This document shows, in pieces, positions 22,015 to 31,774 of a stretch of DNA of 38,346 nt. Position 1 is the first letter of the stretch. Each line of letters begins with the position of its first letter. The position numbers and the translations under genes are program-made. Below the pieces are notes generated by a model. It had not been told where the DNA came from and did no database searches. It saw nothing but the letters and a program-made list of their open reading frames with translations. The DNA comes from Eubacteriales bacterium (GTDB lineage: Bacteria > Bacillota > Clostridia > Oscillospirales > CAG-272), in NCBI GenBank assembly GCA_045586105.1, contig JAZMZS010000097.1, positions 1 through 38,346 on the forward strand. Reading direction: 5' to 3'.

Positions 22015-23430
22015 TCATTTTTTGAAGATCATTTTTTTGCCCTTGGCAAGTATCATCTTCATTTCCTTGCGGTTGATCACAAGGAACAAGAGCGCACCTG
22101 CCGCGCTCAGGCACAGGTTCATCACAAGTCCCGAGAAAACACCCGCTATCGTTACGGCAAGAGCAAGAGCAAACAGCGACATAAACTCAAGCCATTTTAT
22201 CGTGACCTTCATCGTTGCTTTTGTGTGATATGCACGAAGCACGAACATTACAAAGAATGCGACAAACGTTGATATTGAAGCGGCATGAAGTCCGATGAAT
22301 TTGATAAGGACAAGGTTTGCCGCCGCATTTATCAAAGCTCCTACAACGCTGGTAATGCCTGCCTTCTTCGTCTGGTCGCTCTTAAGATAGCCTACACCGA
22401 AGAAGGATGAAAACGCCTGAAAAACAGTACCGAGATATAAAAATGATACGTAATCAGCCGAGGTTATATAGCTCTCACTCATTACAAGAGCAATAAAAAG
22501 CTTGGTAAAGGGTATCAAAAACAGCAGCATCGTAAAGGACAGCTTGTAGTAATATCTGAACACGTTAGTATAAAAGCCGTCATTGGAATCGTCCTTGTCT
22601 CCGACTGCCGTATCCTGCCATGATTCATAAAAAATGTTATAAAGCATCTGCAGGATGGATGGAAATTTGTTGGCAACGCCGTAAATACCGTTTGCGGCGC
22701 TTCCGATAAAGAACTTTATAAAATACTTATTGAGAGAGCTGATCGCCCACCAGTTAAGTCTGTTCGGAATAAGCGGAACAGAAAAACCGAGCAGCTCCTT
22801 TTGTGTCTTGAAGGATCCGAGCTTAAGATCGAGCCTTCTCAGACGTTTTTCGAATATCAGCATCGCAAGTATTCCTACGATGTTACCGATTATCGTGCTC
22901 TGGAACAGTGCGATGATGCCCATGTCATAAATGACTACCTGTATGACGTTGAGAACCAGGAAGACGAGCGTATTCAGTATACCCGAAAGGGCGACAAGCT
23001 TCTGGTTATTTAAGCCTCTGAGAAGCTTCTGTACAGTCTGGAAAAGTCTGCCGACTATCAAGAGCCACAGGAAATACTCAAAATACGCGATCGGGAAGAA
23101 GAAATTTACCACTATCATCATCAGCGACCACAGGATCGACGTGAATGTGATAAACTTATAGACTGCCGAAATATACTCTCCCGACTGCTCCTTGTTGCGC
23201 ATCATCCAGGTATATGCACCGTCGGATATCTGCAAGGTTATCAGAGGAGTAAGCAGACTGATATTGGATATTATCAGCTCGTATTCTCCCATATCCGTGG
23301 GAGATATATAATATGTGTAAAAAGGTACGATAAAGAAATTGAGCAGCCTTGGACCGAATGTTCCGACGGCATATATCAATGTTCCTATCAATAACTTTTT
23401 ACTCTTGCTCTGAGAGTTTGTACTGCCCAC
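22015..23430 (-). CDS. wzx: Wzx-type oligosaccharide flippase (MOP superfamily)
   Basis: Many TM helices; FFIVPFYTYYISPTDMGEY, LLGFSVPLIPN, GIYGVANKFP. Start probably GTG 23430 right after the upstream stop; the ORF track gives 23451. Confidence 0.85.
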   Translation of the reverse strand: MGSTNSQSKSKKLLIGTLIYAVGTFGPRLLNFFIVPFYTYYISPTDMGEYELIISNISLLTPLITLQISDGAYTWMMRNKEQSGEYISAVYKFITFTSILWSLMMIVVNFFFPIAYFEYFLWLLIVGRLFQTVQKLLRGLNNQKLVALSGILNTLVFLVLNVIQVVIYDMGIIALFQSTIIGNIVGILAMLIFEKRLRRLDLKLGSFKTQKELLGFSVPLIPNRLNWWAISSLNKYFIKFFIGSAANGIYGVANKFPSILQMLYNIFYESWQDTAVGDKDDSNDGFYTNVFRYYYKLSFTMLLFLIPFTKLFIALVMSESYITSADYVSFLYLGTVFQAFSSFFGVGYLKSDQTKKAGITSVVGALINAAANLVLIKFIGLHAASISTFVAFFVMFVLRAYHTKATMKVTIKWLEFMSLFALALAVTIAGVFSGLVMNLCLSAAGALLFLVINRKEMKMILAKGKKMIFKK

Positions 23431-23431
23431 C

Positions 23432-24514
23432 TTATTTGCCTTTCTGCTCAATTATTCTGAGCAAATACTGTTTTGAAGCCTCGATAAGCCCGTAGATCCT
23501 GCTCTCGCCGTCACATACAAGCAAGCTTTCCTCTCCCGGGTCTCTGTCGGGATAAATTATCCTGCTGCTGCTCGAAATATTGTTTGCGAGCTGCTCGAGG
23601 CGGGCATTTCTCGTAGAATGCGATACGATATACAGGTCCTTTGCGAATATGGATGCAAATGCCGCTCCGTGAAAAGAATTGGTCACGACGGCACAGCTGT
23701 GATCTATCAGATACAGAAATTCCTCGGGGGACACAGCTTCTATCTTCTTTCCCGGGAAATCCGCGCCGACAGTTCCTCCTCCGCGTACCCAGACGATCCC
23801 CGCTCCGTACTTTTCGGATACACGGTTCAATGCGGCTCTGAGGTGTGGTGTATCCTCCATGACATATGAAAATACGTACTTTTTCGGACACGTGACACGA
23901 GCCTCGACCTGCTCCCATTCTTTTTTATCAAGCAAAAATACGGGATCTGCGGTAAGCGGGCATGCTACCCCTGTGCTTTCGGTTACATGATCGCACAGAT
24001 CCTGCTCTCTTGCCGAAATGCAGGTGAAGGATGAGGCGTACTTGTCGATCATGACTTTGTCCTGCGCTGTCAGCACGCGGCCTACGCTTGCGGAATAAGT
24101 GTACTTCGGCTTGTCGGTAAAATCAAGATAGAATGCGGAGTTATTTCCGTTCAGATCCGTATTCCAGATCTGATCGCTGCCTGCAATATAGGCGTCATAG
24201 TTATCGTTTTTCGGAATCGACTCCGTGTAATATTCGGGATCGAATTCTATATATTTGCTTCTGAAGGCTTCAAACTTCTGTCTCTTTATCCTGTTGATAT
24301 ATCTTGTCTTGAAGCCCGAAAGCTTAGAGAGCAGCGTGCTTCTCCGAGGCTCGGCGGCAGCTGTGCTCTTCCCTTTTGCCTTGTACTTAAGGTGCAGATG
24401 GCGCACCTCTGCTCCTTTGTCCGAAAGAAAGTGCTGGAGAGCATACGCCTGCAGCAAAGCGCCGATATTATCTGCACACGAAAAGGTCAATATCCCTATT
24501 TTCATTTTTTGCAT
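23432..24514 (-). CDS. Polysaccharide pyruvyl transferase family protein
   Basis: IGILTF..DNIGALLQAYAL, AGSDQIWN, ISARE, DPVFLL, VVTNSFHG. Confidence 0.88.
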   Translation of the reverse strand: MQKMKIGILTFSCADNIGALLQAYALQHFLSDKGAEVRHLHLKYKAKGKSTAAAEPRRSTLLSKLSGFKTRYINRIKRQKFEAFRSKYIEFDPEYYTESIPKNDNYDAYIAGSDQIWNTDLNGNNSAFYLDFTDKPKYTYSASVGRVLTAQDKVMIDKYASSFTCISAREQDLCDHVTESTGVACPLTADPVFLLDKKEWEQVEARVTCPKKYVFSYVMEDTPHLRAALNRVSEKYGAGIVWVRGGGTVGADFPGKKIEAVSPEEFLYLIDHSCAVVTNSFHGAAFASIFAKDLYIVSHSTRNARLEQLANNISSSSRIIYPDRDPGEESLLVCDGESRIYGLIEASKQYLLRIIEQKGK

Positions 24515-25617
24515 CTCTCCTCTGCCGGGCTTTCTTCTCCGCTGTACAAGATGTCATATTTCTTGATGACGTTTTCGATATCGTAAGAGCTCATGTCAAC
24601 ATAGTGTCTGCCGTTTTCGTGGCTGCTGAGATGCTCGTGTATCTTCTCCGCCCATCCCGAAGCGCCGAGCGAAAGGGGTATATACGTGCAATTGCCGAGA
24701 TCCGCTTCTGACGGAACTACATCCGAAGCGTAGCAATACATTCCCATCGCCTGTGCTTCTATAAGCACTATCCCGAGCCCCTCGAACTTCGAAGGAAATA
24801 CAAAAACGTCATTTTCGCTCATTATCCTCGGAATATCCGAATCATGCGGAAGCATATCGACCCTATCCTCAAGCCCGAGCTCAATGATCTTATTCTTGAT
24901 ATCTTCCTTTTCCGAACCAAATCCGATCATGGTAAGATGTGCATCACCAAAACAAGACGTATATTCGCGGAACATGTCGAGCAAAAAGGACTGGTTCTTC
25001 TGATCGCAGTAACGGCCGACGTGCATCATTCTGAGCTCTGTGCCGCTCTTTCTTTCGGGATACAGATCCTTATTGTATTTTTTGAGATCTATAGCATTAT
25101 TAACGACCTCCGCATCTGCATCACCGAACAAAAACTCACACGCTCCGCGTGAGCATCCGATCCTTGCAGTGGAGTATTTCCCGATAAGCTTGCTGTAACG
25201 GCTGTTGTACAGGCAGTAAATAAAATTATTTGTGTTGCCGACACTTGTATTGTGCGAATGCGCTATCCTGACCTTTATTCCCGCTTTTTTTGCAGCATGA
25301 AGAGAGATAGCACTCTCGAAATAATTGTGTGCATGCACCGCGTCATACGGACCGTTTTCGCGTATTACCCTTGATATGCCCTTAAGCAGCCTGTTGTATC
25401 TCAGATAAAAATCGAATCTGCTGTTTTTTACGGGAACAACAAAGACCTTCCCTCCGTAGCTCTCAAACTCATCCTTATAATAGTCGTCTGAGTTGAAGCA
25501 CACTATATCGAATAAATATTTAAAGCTAAGTCTTCTGACAATAGACATTATGACAGCCTGCGCACCCCCGTTACCGAGACCTGTACACGAAACCATCAGA
25601 ACCTTTTTCTTTTGCAT
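24502..25617 (-). CDS. Glycosyltransferase, GT4 (EpsF-like)
   Basis: GNGGAQ, RIAHSHN, HVGRYCDQKNQ, FPSKFEGLGIVLIEAQ. Confidence 0.9.
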   Translation of the reverse strand: MQKKKVLMVSCTGLGNGGAQAVIMSIVRRLSFKYLFDIVCFNSDDYYKDEFESYGGKVFVVPVKNSRFDFYLRYNRLLKGISRVIRENGPYDAVHAHNYFESAISLHAAKKAGIKVRIAHSHNTSVGNTNNFIYCLYNSRYSKLIGKYSTARIGCSRGACEFLFGDADAEVVNNAIDLKKYNKDLYPERKSGTELRMMHVGRYCDQKNQSFLLDMFREYTSCFGDAHLTMIGFGSEKEDIKNKIIELGLEDRVDMLPHDSDIPRIMSENDVFVFPSKFEGLGIVLIEAQAMGMYCYASDVVPSEADLGNCTYIPLSLGASGWAEKIHEHLSSHENGRHYVDMSSYDIENVIKKYDILYSGEESPAEERCKK

Positions 25618-25641
25618 CAGATCCTCCCCTAAATAAGCCGA

Positions 25642-26883
25642 TCAAGCCTCATCTTCCTCTGTTGAAGCAAATTTCAGAACATACGTAGCAGCGATCGTCA
25701 AAAGCACCTGGTAATAAATAAATGTTATATAAACGAGCGCCACCGACAAAATAACGATCGAAGTGAAAATAAACAAGCAAAGGATCGTCATCTTTTTATT
25801 GCTGTTGTTGGCTTTGCTTCTCGAGGCTAAGCAACGGTAATATATTATAGGATAGCTGAAATAGAAAACGATAAAGCCTACAATTCCGTTGTTCATCAGG
25901 ACCTCGACGAAATTGCAGTGAGAATAAGTACCGAAATGACTATAGGAGGCGGCAGTACCTTCTCCTATAAACGGACTCAGCGTAAACAATCTGAATCCCT
26001 CTTCAATAAAGTACTTTCTGTTGTTGTCACCGCTGTTTCCTCCGCCGTTTACGAGCAGATCGAAGAATTCCTCTATTCTCGAGCGAAGCAGAGCAAACGC
26101 CGAAACATTATAGACCATATACAGGAAAACTCCGACAATAAGTACCACGATCAGCGTGTTCTTGATCTTGGATGCCATGCCCTTTTTCTTGTGCTCTCTG
26201 AAAAAGAAGAGGAAGGTAAAGCCGAATACAAGAAGTATCAACACTTTTTTGGATGCGGTAATAAATGAGAAGAATACACCAATTGCACAAGCAGCCAAAT
26301 AGAGGAGCTTCTTTATTTTCGAGCTTTTTTCATTCAGGAAAAAATAGAGTGCGATCAGTGCACCGTAGCAGGATTTCAGACCGACATCGTTTGCATTTCC
26401 CGCAACCTCTCCTACTCTCGTCTCATTCATGATGGCATCGATAAACCCTGAGCCGTATATTGAAACGACATAGACATTCAGTACCAACCCGCCGATCATC
26501 AAAGCCTTAAAAAGGAATGAGATATCCTCTTCGGTCTCAATGAAATTTACAAGGCAGAAGGTGATGCATATTACAACAAACAGATCGTAAAGGAAGGTCA
26601 TTGCATAGCTGCTCGCAGAATACAGGCATCCGAGCATCGAGATAAGGAAGAATGCGATCATCGACAACGAATAAGCATTGAATTTCAGCGAGCCTCTGAC
26701 AAGAATGCAAAGCGCACTCACTCCAAGAAAGAAGTACAATGCATATGAGTTGAGCATCATCAGATATGATTGCGATGCAAACGCCATATTGCAGACGATA
26801 TACAAAAACGCCGAGATCTTCCACAGAAGCCGCAGGTCCTTGTTAAGCACCGATATGCTTTTTTCGGAATTTGATAAAGTCAT
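25642..26883 (-). CDS. wzy: Wzy polymerase / O-antigen ligase-like membrane protein
   Basis: About 10-12 TM helices; GNANDVG, TASKK, PFIGEG, YSHCNFVEVL..NGIVG (Wzy_C-like); inside a Wzx locus. Confidence 0.75.
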   Translation of the reverse strand: MTLSNSEKSISVLNKDLRLLWKISAFLYIVCNMAFASQSYLMMLNSYALYFFLGVSALCILVRGSLKFNAYSLSMIAFFLISMLGCLYSASSYAMTFLYDLFVVICITFCLVNFIETEEDISFLFKALMIGGLVLNVYVVSIYGSGFIDAIMNETRVGEVAGNANDVGLKSCYGALIALYFFLNEKSSKIKKLLYLAACAIGVFFSFITASKKVLILLVFGFTFLFFFREHKKKGMASKIKNTLIVVLIVGVFLYMVYNVSAFALLRSRIEEFFDLLVNGGGNSGDNNRKYFIEEGFRLFTLSPFIGEGTAASYSHFGTYSHCNFVEVLMNNGIVGFIVFYFSYPIIYYRCLASRSKANNSNKKMTILCLFIFTSIVILSVALVYITFIYYQVLLTIAATYVLKFASTEEDEA

Positions 26884-26893
26884 ATTACACCTT

Positions 26894-27973
26894 TTATTTC
26901 TTTTTACTTATGATATCTCCGAAGAAATTCTCCCACCGAGTAACGATATGATCGATACGCAGGGTCTCTCTGACCCCGTATGCGCGCTCACCGAGCCTTT
27001 GTGCAAGGACACGGTCCGAGAGTACACGCCTCAGCGCATCGGCAAAAGCCTCCGCATCTCCGCATGGGGTGATAAGTCCGTTTACGCCGTCCTCGATCAG
27101 CATTCTCGCTCCGCCGGGCGAGCAGTCAGCGGAAACACATGCAAGCCCGAGTGCCATTGCCTCGGCAAGAGCATTCGGCATTCCCTCGTAATCTGAGGTG
27201 AACGCAAAAATCTCCGCGCCTCTTATCCGTTCTCCGACGTTCGATACGTTTCCGCAAAAAACGACCCGATCCTCAACTCCGAGAGAGGATGCCTGAGCCT
27301 TAAGCTTATCCATAAGCTCACCGTCTCCGTATATTTCGAGCGTATACTCCGGAAATTCATCCTTTATACGTGAGAAGGCATCAATAAGCATTGCCTGGTT
27401 CTTCTGCTCCGTAAGACGTCCGACGTTTACTATTCTCTTTTCACGCACGCCCTCATGAGGATCGACAAGAGCGGCTGAATTTATAGGATTCAATATAACG
27501 GTACTCTTTTTCTGAATACCTCTGCCAAAGCACTCTTTTGCTCCGTTCGTCTGAAAAACGGCACCCTCAGCCATATTGAATGCAGCGTCTCGGATCATCA
27601 CCCTGAGCCTGCTTGTATTCTTTCCGTCGATGTTTTTCGGATCGTTTCTCTCACACACCACAACAGGGTACTTCGAGAAAGCAAGAGCAAAGCAGGTGTA
27701 TATGCACTGATAAGTCATGAAGGGCACAACTATATCGGGGTCGTATTTATACACAAATCTTCTGATATTCTTAATAACATCCGACATGCTGCCAATCTTA
27801 TCCTCAGAGAAAATCTCTACCGCCTCGTGAAGAGGATAGACACATTCTCTGCTCGCTTTTGTCGCATATATGCCGACCTCGTGTCCGCGCGCCGCAAGCT
27901 CGCTTGAAATGACTGATATGACACGCTCAGCTCCTCCGAAGCCCATAGCGGAGGTGATAAACAATATTTTCAT
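26894..27973 (-). CDS. Glycosyltransferase, GT4
   Basis: GGAERV, CERNDP, VGRLTEQKNQ, SDYEGMPNALAEAM; start set at ATG 27973 (GGAG RBS). Confidence 0.9.
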   Translation of the reverse strand: MKILFITSAMGFGGAERVISVISSELAARGHEVGIYATKASRECVYPLHEAVEIFSEDKIGSMSDVIKNIRRFVYKYDPDIVVPFMTYQCIYTCFALAFSKYPVVVCERNDPKNIDGKNTSRLRVMIRDAAFNMAEGAVFQTNGAKECFGRGIQKKSTVILNPINSAALVDPHEGVREKRIVNVGRLTEQKNQAMLIDAFSRIKDEFPEYTLEIYGDGELMDKLKAQASSLGVEDRVVFCGNVSNVGERIRGAEIFAFTSDYEGMPNALAEAMALGLACVSADCSPGGARMLIEDGVNGLITPCGDAEAFADALRRVLSDRVLAQRLGERAYGVRETLRIDHIVTRWENFFGDIISKKK

Positions 27974-27991
27974 ATAACGCTCCAATGAAAG

Positions 27992-29071
27992 TTATTTCTT
28001 CAGTAGCTTGTTGTATATTTCGATATATCCCTCAGCCATATTATCCGCAGAGAAGAAGACCGATCTTTCCTTTGCCGCTCTTCCGCAGCTTCCTCTGAGC
28101 TCTCTGTCAGAGAGCATTCGGATGACCGCATCGGCGATAGCATCGTCATTACATTCGCACAAAAGACCGTGCTTTTCATGTTCGATCATATCTACCACGC
28201 CGCCAACAGGTGTCGCAACGATAGGAAGCCCTGTTGCCATGGTCTCTATGAGGGTTATAGGCATTCCCTCGTAATTAGAGCAAAGCAGGAACATATCGCT
28301 TTTGCTCATAACGCTGTATATCTTATCTGTGGTTCCGCAGAAGTTTACATGATCATCAAGAGACAACTCATGACAAAGCTCCCTGCACCTCTGCTCGAGC
28401 TCTCCCGCACCGTACAGGTTCAATCTGGCATTTGGGAATCTCTCTGTGACCTTCGCAAAGGCTCTCAATATACCCTCGTGATTTTTTTGATAATTGAAGC
28501 GTCCGACATGAAGTAAATTTATCTCTTCTCCAAAAGAATAATCCATTTTAGGAATGCAATTGGAGAGATCAATTCCGTTATAGACCATCCCGATATTCTC
28601 TGCGGGAAGTCCGTATTCCTCAATAACCGTCTCCTTTATCACAGGGCTGATCGAAACGGGATACATCCCGAGCCTCTTGTAAAAGAAGGAATTCAGCTTT
28701 CTGTCTGTGGAGCCGACCTCCTTTGACGCCATGTTGTGAATAGTATGCACATGATGCTTGACCCCCGAAAGGATCGCCGCGGGCGTCGCATATCTCGCAA
28801 GATATCTGTGAGTGTGTATGACATCCGGCTTTATTCTTTTGAACACGGAACGCATTTTGGGGATCATGCTCAGGTCAAAGCCGCTTTTTTTATCAAGATA
28901 TACTACCTCTATCCCTTTCGCTTCCAATCTATCGGTGATCGGAGTGTGCTTGGTATACATACTGACCACTGTCACGTCATGCCCTCTTGCAGTAAGTGCA
29001 TAGGTCAGATTTTCAGTCCCTATCTCAGCACCTGCGAGATCAAACTCGGGCATCAGCTGAATTATTTTCAT
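27992..29071 (-). CDS. Glycosyltransferase, GT4
   Basis: AGAE, HTIHN, HVGRFNYQKNH, SNYEGMPITLIETM. Confidence 0.9.
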   Translation of the reverse strand: MKIIQLMPEFDLAGAEIGTENLTYALTARGHDVTVVSMYTKHTPITDRLEAKGIEVVYLDKKSGFDLSMIPKMRSVFKRIKPDVIHTHRYLARYATPAAILSGVKHHVHTIHNMASKEVGSTDRKLNSFFYKRLGMYPVSISPVIKETVIEEYGLPAENIGMVYNGIDLSNCIPKMDYSFGEEINLLHVGRFNYQKNHEGILRAFAKVTERFPNARLNLYGAGELEQRCRELCHELSLDDHVNFCGTTDKIYSVMSKSDMFLLCSNYEGMPITLIETMATGLPIVATPVGGVVDMIEHEKHGLLCECNDDAIADAVIRMLSDRELRGSCGRAAKERSVFFSADNMAEGYIEIYNKLLKK

Positions 29072-29095
29072 TTTACCACCCCCGATGGAAACGCT

Positions 29096-30007
29096 CTACA
29101 ATCTTTCTGTCAGCTTTTGAATTGCCTTTGCGGCAAATGCCCGTTTGGGCTTAAAAAACGATCTTTGGTATTCCTGCCACTTTTTTGAATACTCATCATA
29201 GACAGCTTGTCCTGTCAGGTCATACATTACATTAAGCTGTGCTATATGGAGTTTATGATAGAACGGGCTTGTCAGCCTCTTGGATCTATCGTAATAAGAC
29301 CAGTATCTGCAGTCATACGCAGGCAGGGTCTTGGCGAGTGTGGCAAGAGTAAGCGAATAGATCTCATTTATACTCTCATCTCCCGTGAGCTTTACGTAAT
29401 CGTAAAGACACCAAAGCGAGAATATCCAACCGTTGAGAACTACCGTGCGGGTGGGGTCTGTGTGCTCGCAAAGATACACTTCATCTCCCTCGTACTGTGT
29501 GCATCCGCCCTCGCTTAAAGGGATCAACATAAAATCTATTGCCCGCTTGGCGGCGGTAAGATACTTTTCATCGCCGTTTTGGGTATATACCCTCATAAAC
29601 AGGCATGCCGCCTCGGACTGTGCCATAGAAGAATACGGATGCTCGGGATAGATGTATGCAAAGGTCTTCCACCCTCCGCGTTCCTCCTGATTATCATAGA
29701 GCCACCCTGCACATGCTTCGGCTATTTCAAAGAACTTCTTTTCGTCCTTCTCCAGATAAATATCAAATGCACCGAGACCGTATTGTGCGATCTCTATAGG
29801 AAAGCATATCGTCTGACCGTCATCGGTAACGGTACTCGGGATCTCCGGCGAGTCATCCCTTTTATGCACCTTTTCCCTGAGGTCATTATAAAAACCGGCA
29901 ACCTTCTCCTTGGAATAAAACCTTCCCTCGCCTTGCTCAACGTGGTAAATGCTTTTCCCGAGAACCATGTTTGTCCATTTTTTTACTAAATGGAGATTGA
30001 ATGACAT
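29096..30007 (-). CDS. D-glucuronyl C5-epimerase family protein (GLCE-like)
   Basis: PIEIAQYGL, YSSMAQSEA, VLNGWIFSLWCLYDY, SYYD, FYHKLHIAQL match recalled GLCE motifs (PIQIAQYGL, YSAMAQG, VLNGFMYSL.GLYD, YHTTHINQL); start set at ATG 30007 (GAGGT RBS). Confidence 0.85.
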   Translation of the reverse strand: MSFNLHLVKKWTNMVLGKSIYHVEQGEGRFYSKEKVAGFYNDLREKVHKRDDSPEIPSTVTDDGQTICFPIEIAQYGLGAFDIYLEKDEKKFFEIAEACAGWLYDNQEERGGWKTFAYIYPEHPYSSMAQSEAACLFMRVYTQNGDEKYLTAAKRAIDFMLIPLSEGGCTQYEGDEVYLCEHTDPTRTVVLNGWIFSLWCLYDYVKLTGDESINEIYSLTLATLAKTLPAYDCRYWSYYDRSKRLTSPFYHKLHIAQLNVMYDLTGQAVYDEYSKKWQEYQRSFFKPKRAFAAKAIQKLTERL

Positions 30008-30033
30008 ATTTACCTCTCTGTTACAAAAGATAC

Positions 30034-31071
30034 TCAGCCTATTCGCTCTATCATCGGAGCTATAGCATTCGCGGGCAGATATATCTCTGCTTTTTTCCTG
30101 CAAAAAGGCTTCATATCAATTATGATGTTCGGTTCTTGCGCAATTTTGTTCAGCGTGGATATAAGATCATCGTTGTTTTCAAACTCGTATCCGATACCGC
30201 TCCTGCCCTCATCCACTATATCCGAAAAGCTCTCCCATCTCGCACTGATCACGGGAACGCCCGCCGCATATGCATCAACTATCGTCCCCGGTACACCCTC
30301 GGTATAGAAAAGAGTAGGAAACAAAAGAGCGAAGTAATCCTTAAGCACCGATACGCTCTCATCAAACGGAACACAGCCGAGATAATTTACATATTCGGGA
30401 AAGCTCTCCTTGAGCTGCTCGAACCACTCCGTCTGCGAGCTGTCGACGGGACCGTAAATATCAAGAGTATATACCGTCCTTCCGTGCGCTTCGTTAACGG
30501 CTCTGACCGCCGCTGCAGCCTCTTCCATTCCCTTTTCCTTCATAACTCTGGAAAAGGTACACAGCCTGTAGGGCTCTGTATACTCCGATGCCATCTCCTC
30601 GGCCGGGATGATACTCAGATCCTTGAAGTTTGCGATCACCGAAATGTTCTCGAACCCTCTGGCTTCAAGCGCATTCTTCATCGTAGTAGTTTCAACGAAT
30701 ATGCAGTCAAAGCATTTGAGCTTGCTCTCGAGGGAAGGCTTGTCCGAAATGAACTTGGCGAGCCATCCGCCTATGACCGAATAATATATCTTCTTTTTGA
30801 ATATTTTTTTCAGAAGTACAAACAGCGGTGAAAATATCTTTATTCCGTTGTGAGCGGGAAACATCATGCACGCATCACAGGTCATAAACAGCCCTACAGT
30901 CCCGAAAAGCACAGGCAGGGCGCGCTTTTTGATGTTATATGTATCTACAGTTTTGATATTCTCTTTACCGTAGTGTCCGCACATAGCCGAATAGACGGTT
31001 TTCGTCTTTACGGTCTGGCCGTCAAGAAAGGTCTTTTTCCCGCCGAAATGTCCGCAAATACCGATCTTCAT
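30034..31071 (-). CDS. Glycosyltransferase, GT4-like
   Basis: DGQTVKT, FSRVMKEKG, FPTLFYTEGVPGTIVDAY; next to the initiating transferase. Confidence 0.85.
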   Translation of the reverse strand: MKIGICGHFGGKKTFLDGQTVKTKTVYSAMCGHYGKENIKTVDTYNIKKRALPVLFGTVGLFMTCDACMMFPAHNGIKIFSPLFVLLKKIFKKKIYYSVIGGWLAKFISDKPSLESKLKCFDCIFVETTTMKNALEARGFENISVIANFKDLSIIPAEEMASEYTEPYRLCTFSRVMKEKGMEEAAAAVRAVNEAHGRTVYTLDIYGPVDSSQTEWFEQLKESFPEYVNYLGCVPFDESVSVLKDYFALLFPTLFYTEGVPGTIVDAYAAGVPVISARWESFSDIVDEGRSGIGYEFENNDDLISTLNKIAQEPNIIIDMKPFCRKKAEIYLPANAIAPMIERIG

Positions 31072-31090
31072 ATGATCTCTCCGAATTATC

Positions 31091-31774
31091 TTACTTCAGA
31101 ACTGCGATCACAGTTCTGAACATGGTTTTTATATCAGAAAAGAAGTTGAAGCGCTCTATTGCCTCAAGGTTGTATTTCATCTTTTCGGGAAGAATGTCAT
31201 TTACGTATGTATCGTCAGCATTCTCTGCGTTCTCGAGAAGCTTCTCCTCATCCTTGTAGCATATCGACGCCTCGCTCGTTACACCCGCGGGAAGGAGCAG
31301 CGTTGCCTTCATCTCGTCGGTATAGCGGTCTACGTATTTGACTACCTCGGGGCGTGTCCCGACAAGTGTCATGTCTCCAAGAAAGATATTGAACAGCTGC
31401 GGAAGCTCATCGATTCTTGTTTTTCTGATAAGCGAACCGACCTTTGTTACTCTCGAGTCATTTTTTGTAGTTACGAGAGAGCCCATCTTGTCGGCATTAT
31501 TTACCATAGTACGGAACTTGAATATGCGGAAGCGTCTGCCGTACTGCGTTACTCTTTCCTGTCTGAAAAATACAGGTCCGGGAGAATCGAGCTTGATCAC
31601 AACAGCAAGTATCAACAGCACAGGCCAGATCAGAAGCAGCAGGACGAGCGACACAAGAATATCAAACGTCCTCTTGAAAAACAAGCTTGCTTTCTTTTTT
31701 GAAAGTATATCGTAATACTTCTTCACCGCATCGTTCTGAAGCTCTGCGGGAAGATCGGTAAATTTCTTCAGCAT
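31091..31774 (-). CDS. Initiating undecaprenyl-phosphate sugar-1-phosphate transferase (monotopic PGT, AATGal-P transferase-like)
   Basis: KRTFDI, PGPVFFRQERV, KFRTMV, RKTRIDELPQL, GDMTLVGTRPE. Confidence 0.92.
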   Translation of the reverse strand: MLKKFTDLPAELQNDAVKKYYDILSKKKASLFFKRTFDILVSLVLLLLIWPVLLILAVVIKLDSPGPVFFRQERVTQYGRRFRIFKFRTMVNNADKMGSLVTTKNDSRVTKVGSLIRKTRIDELPQLFNIFLGDMTLVGTRPEVVKYVDRYTDEMKATLLLPAGVTSEASICYKDEEKLLENAENADDTYVNDILPEKMKYNLEAIERFNFFSDIKTMFRTVIAVLK

